The position numbers were made by a program, and so were the translations under genes. A model generated the notes under the pieces. That model was not told the DNA's origin. It ran no database searches and saw nothing but the letters and a program-made list of their open reading frames with translations. From a virus, in IMG/VR virus record IMGVR_UViG_3300044712_001084, positions 10,006 through 74,005 of that record: DNA of 64,000 nt. The stretch is one strand, 5' to 3'. Numbering within the stretch: the first letter of the stretch is position 1; every line of letters begins with the position of its first letter. Shown piece by piece: positions 1 through 8,008 of the stretch.

Positions 1-64
1 TCGTACTCGTATGACGTAGATAGGTAGGAGAGTTCTGCACCGCAAGCCCTGCAGTACCGTGGTT

Positions 65-292
65 TCATCGGCTGCGTGCGCCGCAATATGGGCAATAAAC
101 CACGTCAGCAGTGTCTTGCCAGACGTTATTGGATTGCAGGTCTGTATCTTGACCCTCAGCCGTTATGGTAATCAGCACGTAAGATGCTTCACAATTCCCA
201 CATCGCATGACAGGAAACTCGATAGATATGGGTACGAATTGGCGCCAATGGCGTGTATAGGTCGTCAATTTGGTGTCGCTAGTTTTGGCCAT
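65..292 (-). CDS. small hypothetical protein, possible Zn-ribbon
   Basis: 75 aa; CGNC...CPYC pairs; GAGGTG SD upstream. Confidence 0.6.
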   Translation of the reverse strand: MAKTSDTKLTTYTRHWRQFVPISIEFPVMRCGNCEASYVLITITAEGQDTDLQSNNVWQDTADVVYCPYCGARSR

Positions 293-300
293 GGTTCACC

Positions 301-510
301 TCAACTCAGAGATATATCGATGGTATCGATGTGGCCATTGAGATAATTAGACACCTTTGTCATGATATCCGTGGCCATTTCCAGCTTAGCCAGACCTTGT
401 GCATAGTGCTCTCTGCCATCATAGCCATCACCGCAAAAGGTCTGTGCTTCTATCGCCAGAGCCTTTAGCAGCAAATCCAGTGCTAATACCTTTCTCTCGT
501 TTATGTCCAT
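301..510 (-). CDS. hypothetical protein
   Basis: ATG at 510 with GAGGTGG SD directly after a conserved promoter-like motif. Confidence 0.65.
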   Translation of the reverse strand: MDINERKVLALDLLLKALAIEAQTFCGDGYDGREHYAQGLAKLEMATDIMTKVSNYLNGHIDTIDISLS

Positions 511-520
511 ATAATCCACC

Positions 521-540
521 TCTATCTATACTAAACTTGC
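521..540 (-). promoter_or_regulatory. conserved phage promoter-like motif, copy 1 (GCAAGTTTAGTATAGATAGA)
   Basis: 515-540 is identical over 26 bp to 1457-1482; the core recurs 9 times. Confidence 0.75.
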
Positions 541-550
541 TTATAAACAA

Positions 551-578
551 AATAAACCCAGGAATTCCTGGGTTTATT
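551..578 (-). terminator. intrinsic terminator
   Basis: perfect 28-bp palindrome AATAAACCCAGGAATTCCTGGGTTTATT with T-rich tail on the minus strand, after ORF 599-970. Confidence 0.75.
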
Positions 579-598
579 GTAATAATTAGTGGGTTATT

Positions 599-970
599 TT
601 ACGACTCGAATTTGTCCACCACGTCAGGCTCTTTGACACGCGGCTCAGCAAAGTCTACGGCATCGACAGCCGTGCCCATCTCCGCCATGCAGGAGCCGCA
701 GAAGTCGTAATGCCCGACACCAGGTCCGATGGGCAGCACCATGCGCAGAGCCGTCTCTACGCGCTGGTCGCAAGCTTCGCACTTCAGAGGATGGAATGCC
801 AATGGAGCAACCGCGTACAGCAGGTCTTCTAGGTCCATACCCAAAATGCGCCCATCGATAATGTCCATGACTTTCTTGACTTGGGCCACCTGAGTGGATT
901 TCAGCACTTTATCCATCGAGGATAGTTGGCGCTTGATATGCGCTTCACGAGTGATTACAGAGTACTTCAT
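599..970 (-). CDS. hypothetical protein with CxxC...CxxC
   Basis: 123 aa; GGAGGG SD; CEAC and CGSC. Confidence 0.7.
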   Translation of the reverse strand: MKYSVITREAHIKRQLSSMDKVLKSTQVAQVKKVMDIIDGRILGMDLEDLLYAVAPLAFHPLKCEACDQRVETALRMVLPIGPGVGHYDFCGSCMAEMGTAVDAVDFAEPRVKEPDVVDKFES

Positions 971-991
971 ATGCCCTCCAAGGTATACAGT

Positions 992-1010
992 CTTATCTTA
1001 CTAAACTTGC
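992..1010 (-). promoter_or_regulatory. conserved phage promoter-like motif, copy 2
   Basis: GCAAGTTTAGTAAGATAAG upstream of ORF 599-970. Confidence 0.75.
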
Positions 1011-1018
1011 TGGAAAGC

Positions 1019-1048
1019 AAAAGAGCCTCCATAATCGGAAGCTCTTTT
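1019..1048 (-). terminator. intrinsic terminator
   Basis: AAAAGAGC-CTCC...GGAA-GCTCTTTT hairpin. Confidence 0.6.
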
Positions 1049-1234
1049 GGAAAACATGGGCTCAAAGCCTGGTAATGCGTCTGCTGGAAATTACGCTCAA
1101 CGCGTCTGGCTTATGCTGGGTCAGCTAGCCTGAGTAGGTCCTAAGTGGAGAACATTGGCTGGCACTGAATGGCCAAGCCCTCGTTGGCTAGTATAACCCG
1201 GCTGGAATTGGAACCAGAAGCCCATGGAATTCCT

Positions 1235-1453
1235 TTACGAGTCCAGATATCTAGCCGTCATGGCCGCCATCAGACCCAGTATGCCCATAAAGACACTGGC
1301 CAGGAATGCGCCGCTAGCCATCAATGTATCTTGGATGCTGGATGCTTCCACGCCATACAGGAATAAGATTAGTGCTAGGACGAATAGCACAATACTGGCC
1401 ACTAAAACAGCAGCCGCAAGACAAGATCCACCACCATTCGATTGTTTAGCCAT
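1235..1453 (-). CDS. small membrane protein (2 TM)
   Basis: two hydrophobic segments; SD and promoter motif upstream. Confidence 0.7.
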   Translation of the reverse strand: MAKQSNGGGSCLAAAVLVASIVLFVLALILFLYGVEASSIQDTLMASGAFLASVFMGILGLMAAMTARYLDS

Positions 1454-1462
1454 AGTTCCACC

Positions 1463-1482
1463 TCTATCTATACTAAACTTGC
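1463..1482 (-). promoter_or_regulatory. conserved phage promoter-like motif, copy 3
   Basis: identical to copy 1. Confidence 0.75.
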
Positions 1483-1537
1483 GTCATTCCAAGTCATCCC
1501 ATCCCTGGGAACATTTCAAAAAATTTTATAAAAATTT

Positions 1538-1732
1538 TTATGGCTGTCCCCAGAAACGCACGACCACCCATAGCAGACCTAATAAGAAGAAGCCAGCACC
1601 TAGTATAAGCAAGCTATATAGCATGGTATCACTGGCTGTCCAGCTAGCCGACACGCTACCAGCGTCATCCATAAATGCTACTGCCAAGCTATACAATAGG
1701 AATACAATAAATACCAGCATAAGTTTCTTCAT
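1538..1732 (-). CDS. small membrane protein
   Basis: MKKLMLVFIVF...; two hydrophobic helices; starts right after the TerL stop. Confidence 0.55.
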   Translation of the reverse strand: MKKLMLVFIVFLLYSLAVAFMDDAGSVSASWTASDTMLYSLLILGAGFFLLGLLWVVVRFWGQP

Positions 1733-1733
1733 A

Positions 1734-3980
1734 TTAAAATACCATCCCACCGCCCATCGAGGAATTGTCCCAAAAGGCCAAGCAGACAGAGTCCCCATAG
1801 TCAGTGGATCTACCCAGCCGCTCAGATATGTCGTTTTTACTTTCCAGCTTGATTACAGCGTCTTTTTGCATCTCATACTTGGGCGTAGATAGGTCCAGCA
1901 CGAGTTCTTCCACCGGAGGGAGCATAACTTCAGAGCCGTATTCTGGATCCAATAGTTCCCGCATATTCCACCACATCGCAGCGCGTACATTTAGGAAGCG
2001 TAACTCCTTGCTACGATCCACCCAGGTCGTTCCACCCGACACCGTTATGGGTCGCAGCAGTGGTACATTGGACTCGTGTAATATATCGTAGAGCGATGCG
2101 CCAAGCCCTCCATCAGTCTCGATATGCAACTCATAGCCTCTGGAAAGACTCTTGACGTAGCCAGCAAGGGATGTAATTGGAAGCTTCGAAAAGTAGTACA
2201 TGTCGGAGATGACCAAGCGTTGTCTCCGTGCGCACACGGTTTTGTCAACCCCAGCACGCGCCACGTCCACGCCCAGGGCACGCTTGCCAGATTGCGGAGT
2301 CCTCCCGTTGGCGTGCCAAGCCTTCCAGCGCTCTGTAGCAGCCCTTATCCACGACAAAGGTATAACACCCTCTTCGCTAGAGTCAGCGAACTCCCCCAGG
2401 ACGCGATTGAGGAATATAGAAGAGGACGCGCCCCACTGGCGCTCCCTCTGGCGTACCCACTCGCTAGATATGCGCCCTGCCTTTATGGCTTCATCCACTG
2501 TTACATGTCTAGTCTTCCAATCCTCATACCCTGGCTTATGGGAGTGGATGTCGTAGAATTGGCCTGATGGATCTCCAGGGGTAGATATGGCGAATGCGAA
2601 TGCCTCATCTGTAGTACCATCGTGAACGCTGGCTTCCTGGTTAGAACCCATTGTACCATCGACCTCTCTGGGTTGCTGGGTTTTGCTGGGTAGTGGGTTA
2701 GTATGGGATGCCCTGGTTCCCTGGGTTCCTATGGGTTGCTGGGATATGCTGGTAGCCCTTGGGTTGCTGGATTCCCTGGGTCGTTGGGAAGTATGGACGC
2801 GATGGAGCACGCCAGAGGTGCGTGGACTCGATGGCTCAGGTTGGCTGGGGTGGTGTGGGGCAAAACCCACGTTATCACCCACTTTCGAAGCCACTCCCTC
2901 CCCCAAGCCATCACCCACTCCCTCACCCAAGTTATCCCCCATACCAAACTCCACTCCCTGATCCACGCTTATACCCACTCCCTCCCCCATACTTTCTAAC
3001 CCATCCCTAATACCCATCCCTGACATTCCAAGACTGATAGCTGCTGCTCCATCCGTTATTCTTCCACTCTTTACTCTATCCCTAATACTAGCCTCCCTTA
3101 CGCTATCCACTCCCTTTACGCTATTGCTTACGATCTCCGAGAATGGACCTCCAATCAAATTTTTCACAACCGCTAGCCCACTCGCATTAGTGGCTATACT
3201 AGGTGCTGGGTTCAGCTGGACTGCCTCCACAACCACTTTTCCTTTTATACCACCGTTGAATGGTAATCGCGTGATGGCCATCTTACCAGCGTATTTGCTA
3301 CCATCCTTTAGCGCTTCCCATCTATCGATATTTGGATCACCCTCTGTGTCCTCGATTGCCATCTTGATATTCTTGGCATTGCTAAATGCGCCCTCTGCTG
3401 CATCCCAAGTCACTCTTGGAATAGCCTTGGCCTCATCGAATATGTATGTTAATCTTCTGGCGTGAGCACCCTCTATCGTATTATGATCGTCAGATGCCAC
3501 TGCGAATGCCTCCACTGTTCCAGATGACAATCGTATGGCTAATGACAAGAACTCTTTGTTGGGATCATATGGCTCTCTACCTATCAATGCCCAATCCAAA
3601 TGCCCAGCCAACTTTCTTATCTCTGGCCATAGGTACTTTTCTAACTGGCGCCATGCACTTGCCGTGGTTATAGTCTTGGCATCTGCCTCTGCTGTTAGCA
3701 CTGAATGATGGGTTAGCAATGCTGCCATAAACGTCTTGCCTAATCCATGTGGACCTCTGACTGCCACTCTAGTATAGCCCTCGTCATAATACCCAAGAAT
3801 TTCTTCCTGGTAAAATGCTAGCCTCTTGCCTAATGCGCCCAGCATATCGTATGCGAATGCTACCCTGTCTTTAGCATACATGCGCTGGAATTTGCGGAAC
3901 TTGCCTGACGTGGATATCTGGGCATGGATAGCCAGCGAGAGGTCTGCTAAGTTGCCTGGTGTGCCAATTGACTGTAACAT
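1734..3980 (-). CDS. terL: terminase large subunit with ~256-aa low-complexity insertion
   Basis: Walker A GPHGLGKT, Walker B YIFDEAK, motif III ISTP, nuclease motifs LGVDVAR-GVDKT and RSTDYGD. Confidence 0.92.
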   Translation of the reverse strand: MLQSIGTPGNLADLSLAIHAQISTSGKFRKFQRMYAKDRVAFAYDMLGALGKRLAFYQEEILGYYDEGYTRVAVRGPHGLGKTFMAALLTHHSVLTAEADAKTITTASAWRQLEKYLWPEIRKLAGHLDWALIGREPYDPNKEFLSLAIRLSSGTVEAFAVASDDHNTIEGAHARRLTYIFDEAKAIPRVTWDAAEGAFSNAKNIKMAIEDTEGDPNIDRWEALKDGSKYAGKMAITRLPFNGGIKGKVVVEAVQLNPAPSIATNASGLAVVKNLIGGPFSEIVSNSVKGVDSVREASIRDRVKSGRITDGAAAISLGMSGMGIRDGLESMGEGVGISVDQGVEFGMGDNLGEGVGDGLGEGVASKVGDNVGFAPHHPSQPEPSSPRTSGVLHRVHTSQRPRESSNPRATSISQQPIGTQGTRASHTNPLPSKTQQPREVDGTMGSNQEASVHDGTTDEAFAFAISTPGDPSGQFYDIHSHKPGYEDWKTRHVTVDEAIKAGRISSEWVRQRERQWGASSSIFLNRVLGEFADSSEEGVIPLSWIRAATERWKAWHANGRTPQSGKRALGVDVARAGVDKTVCARRQRLVISDMYYFSKLPITSLAGYVKSLSRGYELHIETDGGLGASLYDILHESNVPLLRPITVSGGTTWVDRSKELRFLNVRAAMWWNMRELLDPEYGSEVMLPPVEELVLDLSTPKYEMQKDAVIKLESKNDISERLGRSTDYGDSVCLAFWDNSSMGGGMVF

Positions 3981-4069
3981 GTGGTTATCCTGTCTTTACT
4001 AGCCTGGAATGCTAATCCTTGGCTAGCCTTGGAATAGATGGACTAATGGTAATGGACTTTGGAATTACA

Positions 4070-4102
4070 AAGGCTAGCCAAGAGATATCCCTGGCTAGCC
4101 TT
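4070..4102 (-). terminator. hairpin, probable terminator
   Basis: AAGGCTAGCCA / TGGCTAGCCTT 11-bp stem after ORF 4125-6269. Confidence 0.55.
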
Positions 4103-4124
4103 ATGGCCTGTAAATATATACCGA

Positions 4125-6269
4125 TTAGATCATTACAAAATCATTGATCTGGACCGTTCCACCGTCTACCTTTATATCCACTGTATGCGATCCACGCCCA
4201 GCGTACCATATCAATTGATGTAACATATATTGCGATATATTCCATGACGCTGACCATGAGCCTCCATCTATACGCCAGGAGAATGACCCACCCGTTCCAG
4301 AAGCGCTCATGCCGAATGACGCAAACGTACCGCTATATGAGATTGTACTACCCGCTGAAGATGATGATCTAGCCGTTCCCACCGTTGTCCAGGTACCAGT
4401 TTCACCGTCATTAGCAGTGCCTAGTTTGGTTACTGGCTCATATTCAAAATCTACGCTTTCACTATACAGTCTGCTTGGCAATGGCGGTGTCCAATCCTGC
4501 GTTATATTAGGAAATGGAGTGACTGCCCAGGCTGCTTTGAAGGCATTGGTAATCGTGGTATGACCCAGATCGTTGGGGTGAACGTCATTATGCGCTGGAA
4601 AATATTTGTCTATGTTTACTTGCGTCAGAGGTTCACCCTCTATGGTGCGAATTTCAGTAGCTAGATTAGCTCCAATTTGTAAGCCATAATGCGTTGCAAG
4701 AGCTAACCATAGATCACGCGCAGCACGTTTGGTAGCGTCCATTAGGTCGTGTTCGTCTGGCCATGTATATATACCCAAACTTATGGCCGCGTTCGGCATA
4801 AGTGTGCGGATACGTCTTATAAGCGCTTCGGCAGCACCTCTAGCGTAATTAGGCGCAGAGCCTCTCAAAAATACCTCGCCATCATTGACGGCATAATCTA
4901 TAACAACCATGTCTGGAATTACTGCTTGCAATTCTGCCATTCTAGCTAGCGATGTCCAAGAGCCGCACCCACTATTGGATAACGAGGTACGAACGTATTT
5001 TTTATCACGATATGTAGTATTCCACCACGTAATTAGCTGTGTCTGGAATGGATTAGTGGACGTGCCTCCAGCTGTTATGCTACCACCTATGAACAGCACT
5101 TGTTCCGGTGGGTTCAGGTCAGAGTCAGTAAAAAAACCTTGCAAGTTGTCCCACTCTCCGTCTGTGCCTATGGCCCACAAACTAGCCTCTCCGGTGGCGA
5201 ACCCGCTAGCTGTAGCGGTGGTGGCTGTGGCGTTGAATGCTTGAGTGGTGGAATGCTTAGCTGTAACACCAACGTAAGTTTTGATGGTAGAACCGTTGGC
5301 AGTTATGTAAATATAGTAAGTTGTGCCGTTTGTCCAAGTTTGGGTTTTGCCAGCATCTAACTCGGTATCAACTCCGGCTTCGCGTTTATATAGCTTGATC
5401 GTATTGGCCGATTGAGTACATACCAATTTCAGGCAGTTGTCATCATCCGTGCGCCTGAATAATAGCGTCAATACGTCATTAGTGGCGCAAACCCATTTGG
5501 CAACCATATGCGTATTAGCGCTACCAGTGAGTACAGCGCCAGAGGTGGCGCTGTAGGCAGACGCTGCTCCAAATTGCGTAGCTAACCCTGATACAGCTTG
5601 CGAGGCATCTGCGCAACGTAAGAACGCTATTTGACTGGTTCTATAGGTCGTCATTACAAATGGATATTCGTTCCCACCGCTGCCTTCTGTAACGCGCAAT
5701 AAAGTGTAATGCGGATAGCTAGTGCCAGACTTTATAAAATATAGCGCTCCATTATTAGGTCGCAATATAACTGCCAAATCATGATACACGGCCACGTTGC
5801 TATATGAACCTACTCCAGCAATATCCGTGCCCATCTCACGTAAGCCAACCGATACTGAGTTGGTATTGTATTGACCCAGAGCTAGCATAACACCTTGATT
5901 GTTAATACCTGTAGCAGTTCTAGCGCCAGCAAATCCGACTCTAGGACCGACCACGCCAGCGGTGGATACGTTATTATGATATACTCTGGCAAATACTCCA
6001 GCGCCATTAGCACGCGTGACGGAATCTAACCATAAAATTGGATCTGCTACGCTACCACCGCCAGATGAAAAAACCAATTCACCATTGGCTATAGTTATAT
6101 AATGCCCAGTATCTACTACCAAACGATTGCCTGGCCCAGGCTCTGCTGGAGTACCGTTGACGTTATCCACCAAGCGTGCAGTATCAAACTCATCGCGCAT
6201 TAGATAACGATAACTAATGCCGCTGGATGATCTATTGAATGCTAAGCGATTTATGCGCAAATTATTCAT
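4125..6269 (-). CDS. SGNH/GDSL hydrolase-domain protein, probably virion-associated
   Basis: FIGGSITAG (block I), DYAVND (block III), DVHPN (block V), flanked by Thr/Gly-rich beta-sandwich-like regions. Confidence 0.7.
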   Translation of the reverse strand: MNNLRINRLAFNRSSSGISYRYLMRDEFDTARLVDNVNGTPAEPGPGNRLVVDTGHYITIANGELVFSSGGGSVADPILWLDSVTRANGAGVFARVYHNNVSTAGVVGPRVGFAGARTATGINNQGVMLALGQYNTNSVSVGLREMGTDIAGVGSYSNVAVYHDLAVILRPNNGALYFIKSGTSYPHYTLLRVTEGSGGNEYPFVMTTYRTSQIAFLRCADASQAVSGLATQFGAASAYSATSGAVLTGSANTHMVAKWVCATNDVLTLLFRRTDDDNCLKLVCTQSANTIKLYKREAGVDTELDAGKTQTWTNGTTYYIYITANGSTIKTYVGVTAKHSTTQAFNATATTATASGFATGEASLWAIGTDGEWDNLQGFFTDSDLNPPEQVLFIGGSITAGGTSTNPFQTQLITWWNTTYRDKKYVRTSLSNSGCGSWTSLARMAELQAVIPDMVVIDYAVNDGEVFLRGSAPNYARGAAEALIRRIRTLMPNAAISLGIYTWPDEHDLMDATKRAARDLWLALATHYGLQIGANLATEIRTIEGEPLTQVNIDKYFPAHNDVHPNDLGHTTITNAFKAAWAVTPFPNITQDWTPPLPSRLYSESVDFEYEPVTKLGTANDGETGTWTTVGTARSSSSAGSTISYSGTFASFGMSASGTGGSFSWRIDGGSWSASWNISQYMLHQLIWYAGRGSHTVDIKVDGGTVQINDFVMI

Positions 6270-6270
6270 G

Positions 6271-6612
6271 TCATGCTAGCCATTGATACTGAAGGCTTGC
6301 CGTGGCTTCCTCTTGAATGACTCGAATATCTGTGCCGGACACATAAACGATAACCGGGTCAGCGCCAGCACGTAATTGGAAACCAATCGATGCCGTTGGA
6401 TTGGTTCCATCCAAACGGAACCTTACATTTTTGGTTATGGCCTGAATCATGATTTGCGTGGCACCAGCTGGTTTCGTTAGCGTGACTGCGCTGGAAATAG
6501 TGGGCCCAGAGCCGTGCGTTGAAACTGGCGCGTAGGCTTGATTGGTTTGATTACTGACCAGGCTCTTCATTTGCTGCCATAGCCGTTCCAGGTAAACTTC
6601 AGCTGATAACAT
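6271..6612 (-). CDS. hypothetical beta-rich protein, possible virion component
   Basis: 113 aa; SD; tightly coupled to the next gene. Confidence 0.65.
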   Translation of the reverse strand: MLSAEVYLERLWQQMKSLVSNQTNQAYAPVSTHGSGPTISSAVTLTKPAGATQIMIQAITKNVRFRLDGTNPTASIGFQLRAGADPVIVYVSGTDIRVIQEEATASLQYQWLA

Positions 6613-6838
6613 TATACACCGTCCCTCTCTTATAAGTATAAGGATATATACTGGCTAGCTATCACCGCGTGACGCAGCCTTACATAATCCCCACGTGAAT
6701 AAACTTGCCACTATAACGTAAATGATAATAGCTATCCACATTGATTAGCCTCTCTATCACTCTATACGCTTAGAAGCCTTTACAGCGTCAATCGCTTCTT
6801 GTACAGTGAGTATACCTCTGCCGAACTTCATAGCCAAG

Positions 6839-8008
6839 TCATCTGATATAGAGTCCATTGGAAAGTTGGACGCGTCTGCCAGCGTGCCAGCGGAATCCGC
6901 TTCCTTTACCACCCTTGAGTCTTATTACCTCTTTACGCTCTGAGCCTCCAGCGCGCACGCCAAACTTCATAGAGCCGTCTTTGTAATACACTTTGACAAT
7001 CGTGGCTTTACTCTCGTCAACGACCTCGAACTGGTCGTTGATGTAGATAATCCGCTCAATATCGCTAGCGCTTGCCTCCTTGGCGCTCGTTGGCGTAGAC
7101 GGCTGCACTAGAGGATATATAGCATTGATTTGTCGGTATAATTCCTTCCACACATAATCAACCTCGTGCATATGACCGCTATAGTCTAGCCGGGCAATCT
7201 CAGCTAACGTCTCGTTGATAGCCAGTGAGCTATATGGATCAGCCTGATAGTATGACCTGCTATATGCCGTCACACCATCTTTGGTGCGTAATTCCTCGGC
7301 ATTATCCTCGATGTAGCGCATAATGACGTAGGATTGGTACTTATTTTCATAATCGGCATTACGCAAATTGCCGTCAGGCTTCATAATATATTCCAGCCTG
7401 GGCACACCTTTATCCATCTGCTCACGCATAATATTATCTATATCATACTTATCACGAGTATACTGCTCACTGAACATTTGCCATTTATCGTGCATGACTT
7501 CGTGAGCCAGTACAGTCTTGGATATTTGATTATCCTCATTGGTATTATTATTACGTTGGAATGCTTCGTCATATAATCTTATATGCCTATCTATAGGACT
7601 ATAATCTCCAGCAGCCTTCCATTTTACGTCACCGACTTGGAAAGGATATCCAACACCCTCGTAAGATATTAGAGCGGCATCATAACCCAAGCGCTCTGCT
7701 AAATGAGGAATTTGATCACGGAATGCCTCAACACGTTCTCTATGCTCTCTAGATAATCGATGTAGCGCAGCACGCTTGGCAGCCGTCTTATCAGCGAACT
7801 TTGGATCAGCTTCAATAGCGGCTGCTCGTAAACCAATGCGCGCATGGCCGCCACCTTTAGCAGAGCCGCCACGCAAGCCTGGTCTGCCTTTATGACCGTA
7901 ATTACCAGAGGTGGGCCCACCTTTGAGTCGGATAACTGACTTGGGTGTATGCAGCCAGTTCTCCCATTCAAAATCATCCAATAAATCTATATCTAGGTTA
8001 GTTGCCAT
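6839..8008 (-). CDS. motif-tagged zincin metallopeptidase
   Basis: N-terminal IRLKGG..SGNYGHKGRPG..GGS cassette; HEVMH (HExxH) and NETLAE; degenerate second cassette at the C-terminus. Confidence 0.7.
   Translation of the reverse strand: MATNLDIDLLDDFEWENWLHTPKSVIRLKGGPTSGNYGHKGRPGLRGGSAKGGGHARIGLRAAAIEADPKFADKTAAKRAALHRLSREHRERVEAFRDQIPHLAERLGYDAALISYEGVGYPFQVGDVKWKAAGDYSPIDRHIRLYDEAFQRNNNTNEDNQISKTVLAHEVMHDKWQMFSEQYTRDKYDIDNIMREQMDKGVPRLEYIMKPDGNLRNADYENKYQSYVIMRYIEDNAEELRTKDGVTAYSRSYYQADPYSSLAINETLAEIARLDYSGHMHEVDYVWKELYRQINAIYPLVQPSTPTSAKEASASDIERIIYINDQFEVVDESKATIVKVYYKDGSMKFGVRAGGSERKEVIRLKGGKGSGFRWHAGRRVQLSNGLYIR

Noticed and set aside
515-1482. CRISPR-like or att repeats (26-bp identical pair)
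   Set aside because: The copies are separated by whole genes and include the SD; they belong to the dispersed promoter motif.
1224-1892. 222-aa plus-strand ORF
   Set aside because: Antisense to three minus-strand genes and spans a promoter motif; no recognisable protein features.
2610-3377. Intein or group I intron in TerL
   Set aside because: No Cys/Ser start with His-Asn end, no LAGLIDADG or HNH motif, no recognisable intron core; the frame is open and low-complexity.
3995-4102. Repeated GGCTAGCC palindromes upstream of terL as TerS/pac sites
   Set aside because: Two copies are explained by the terminator stem, and GCTAGC is frequent throughout the window, so there is no specific support.
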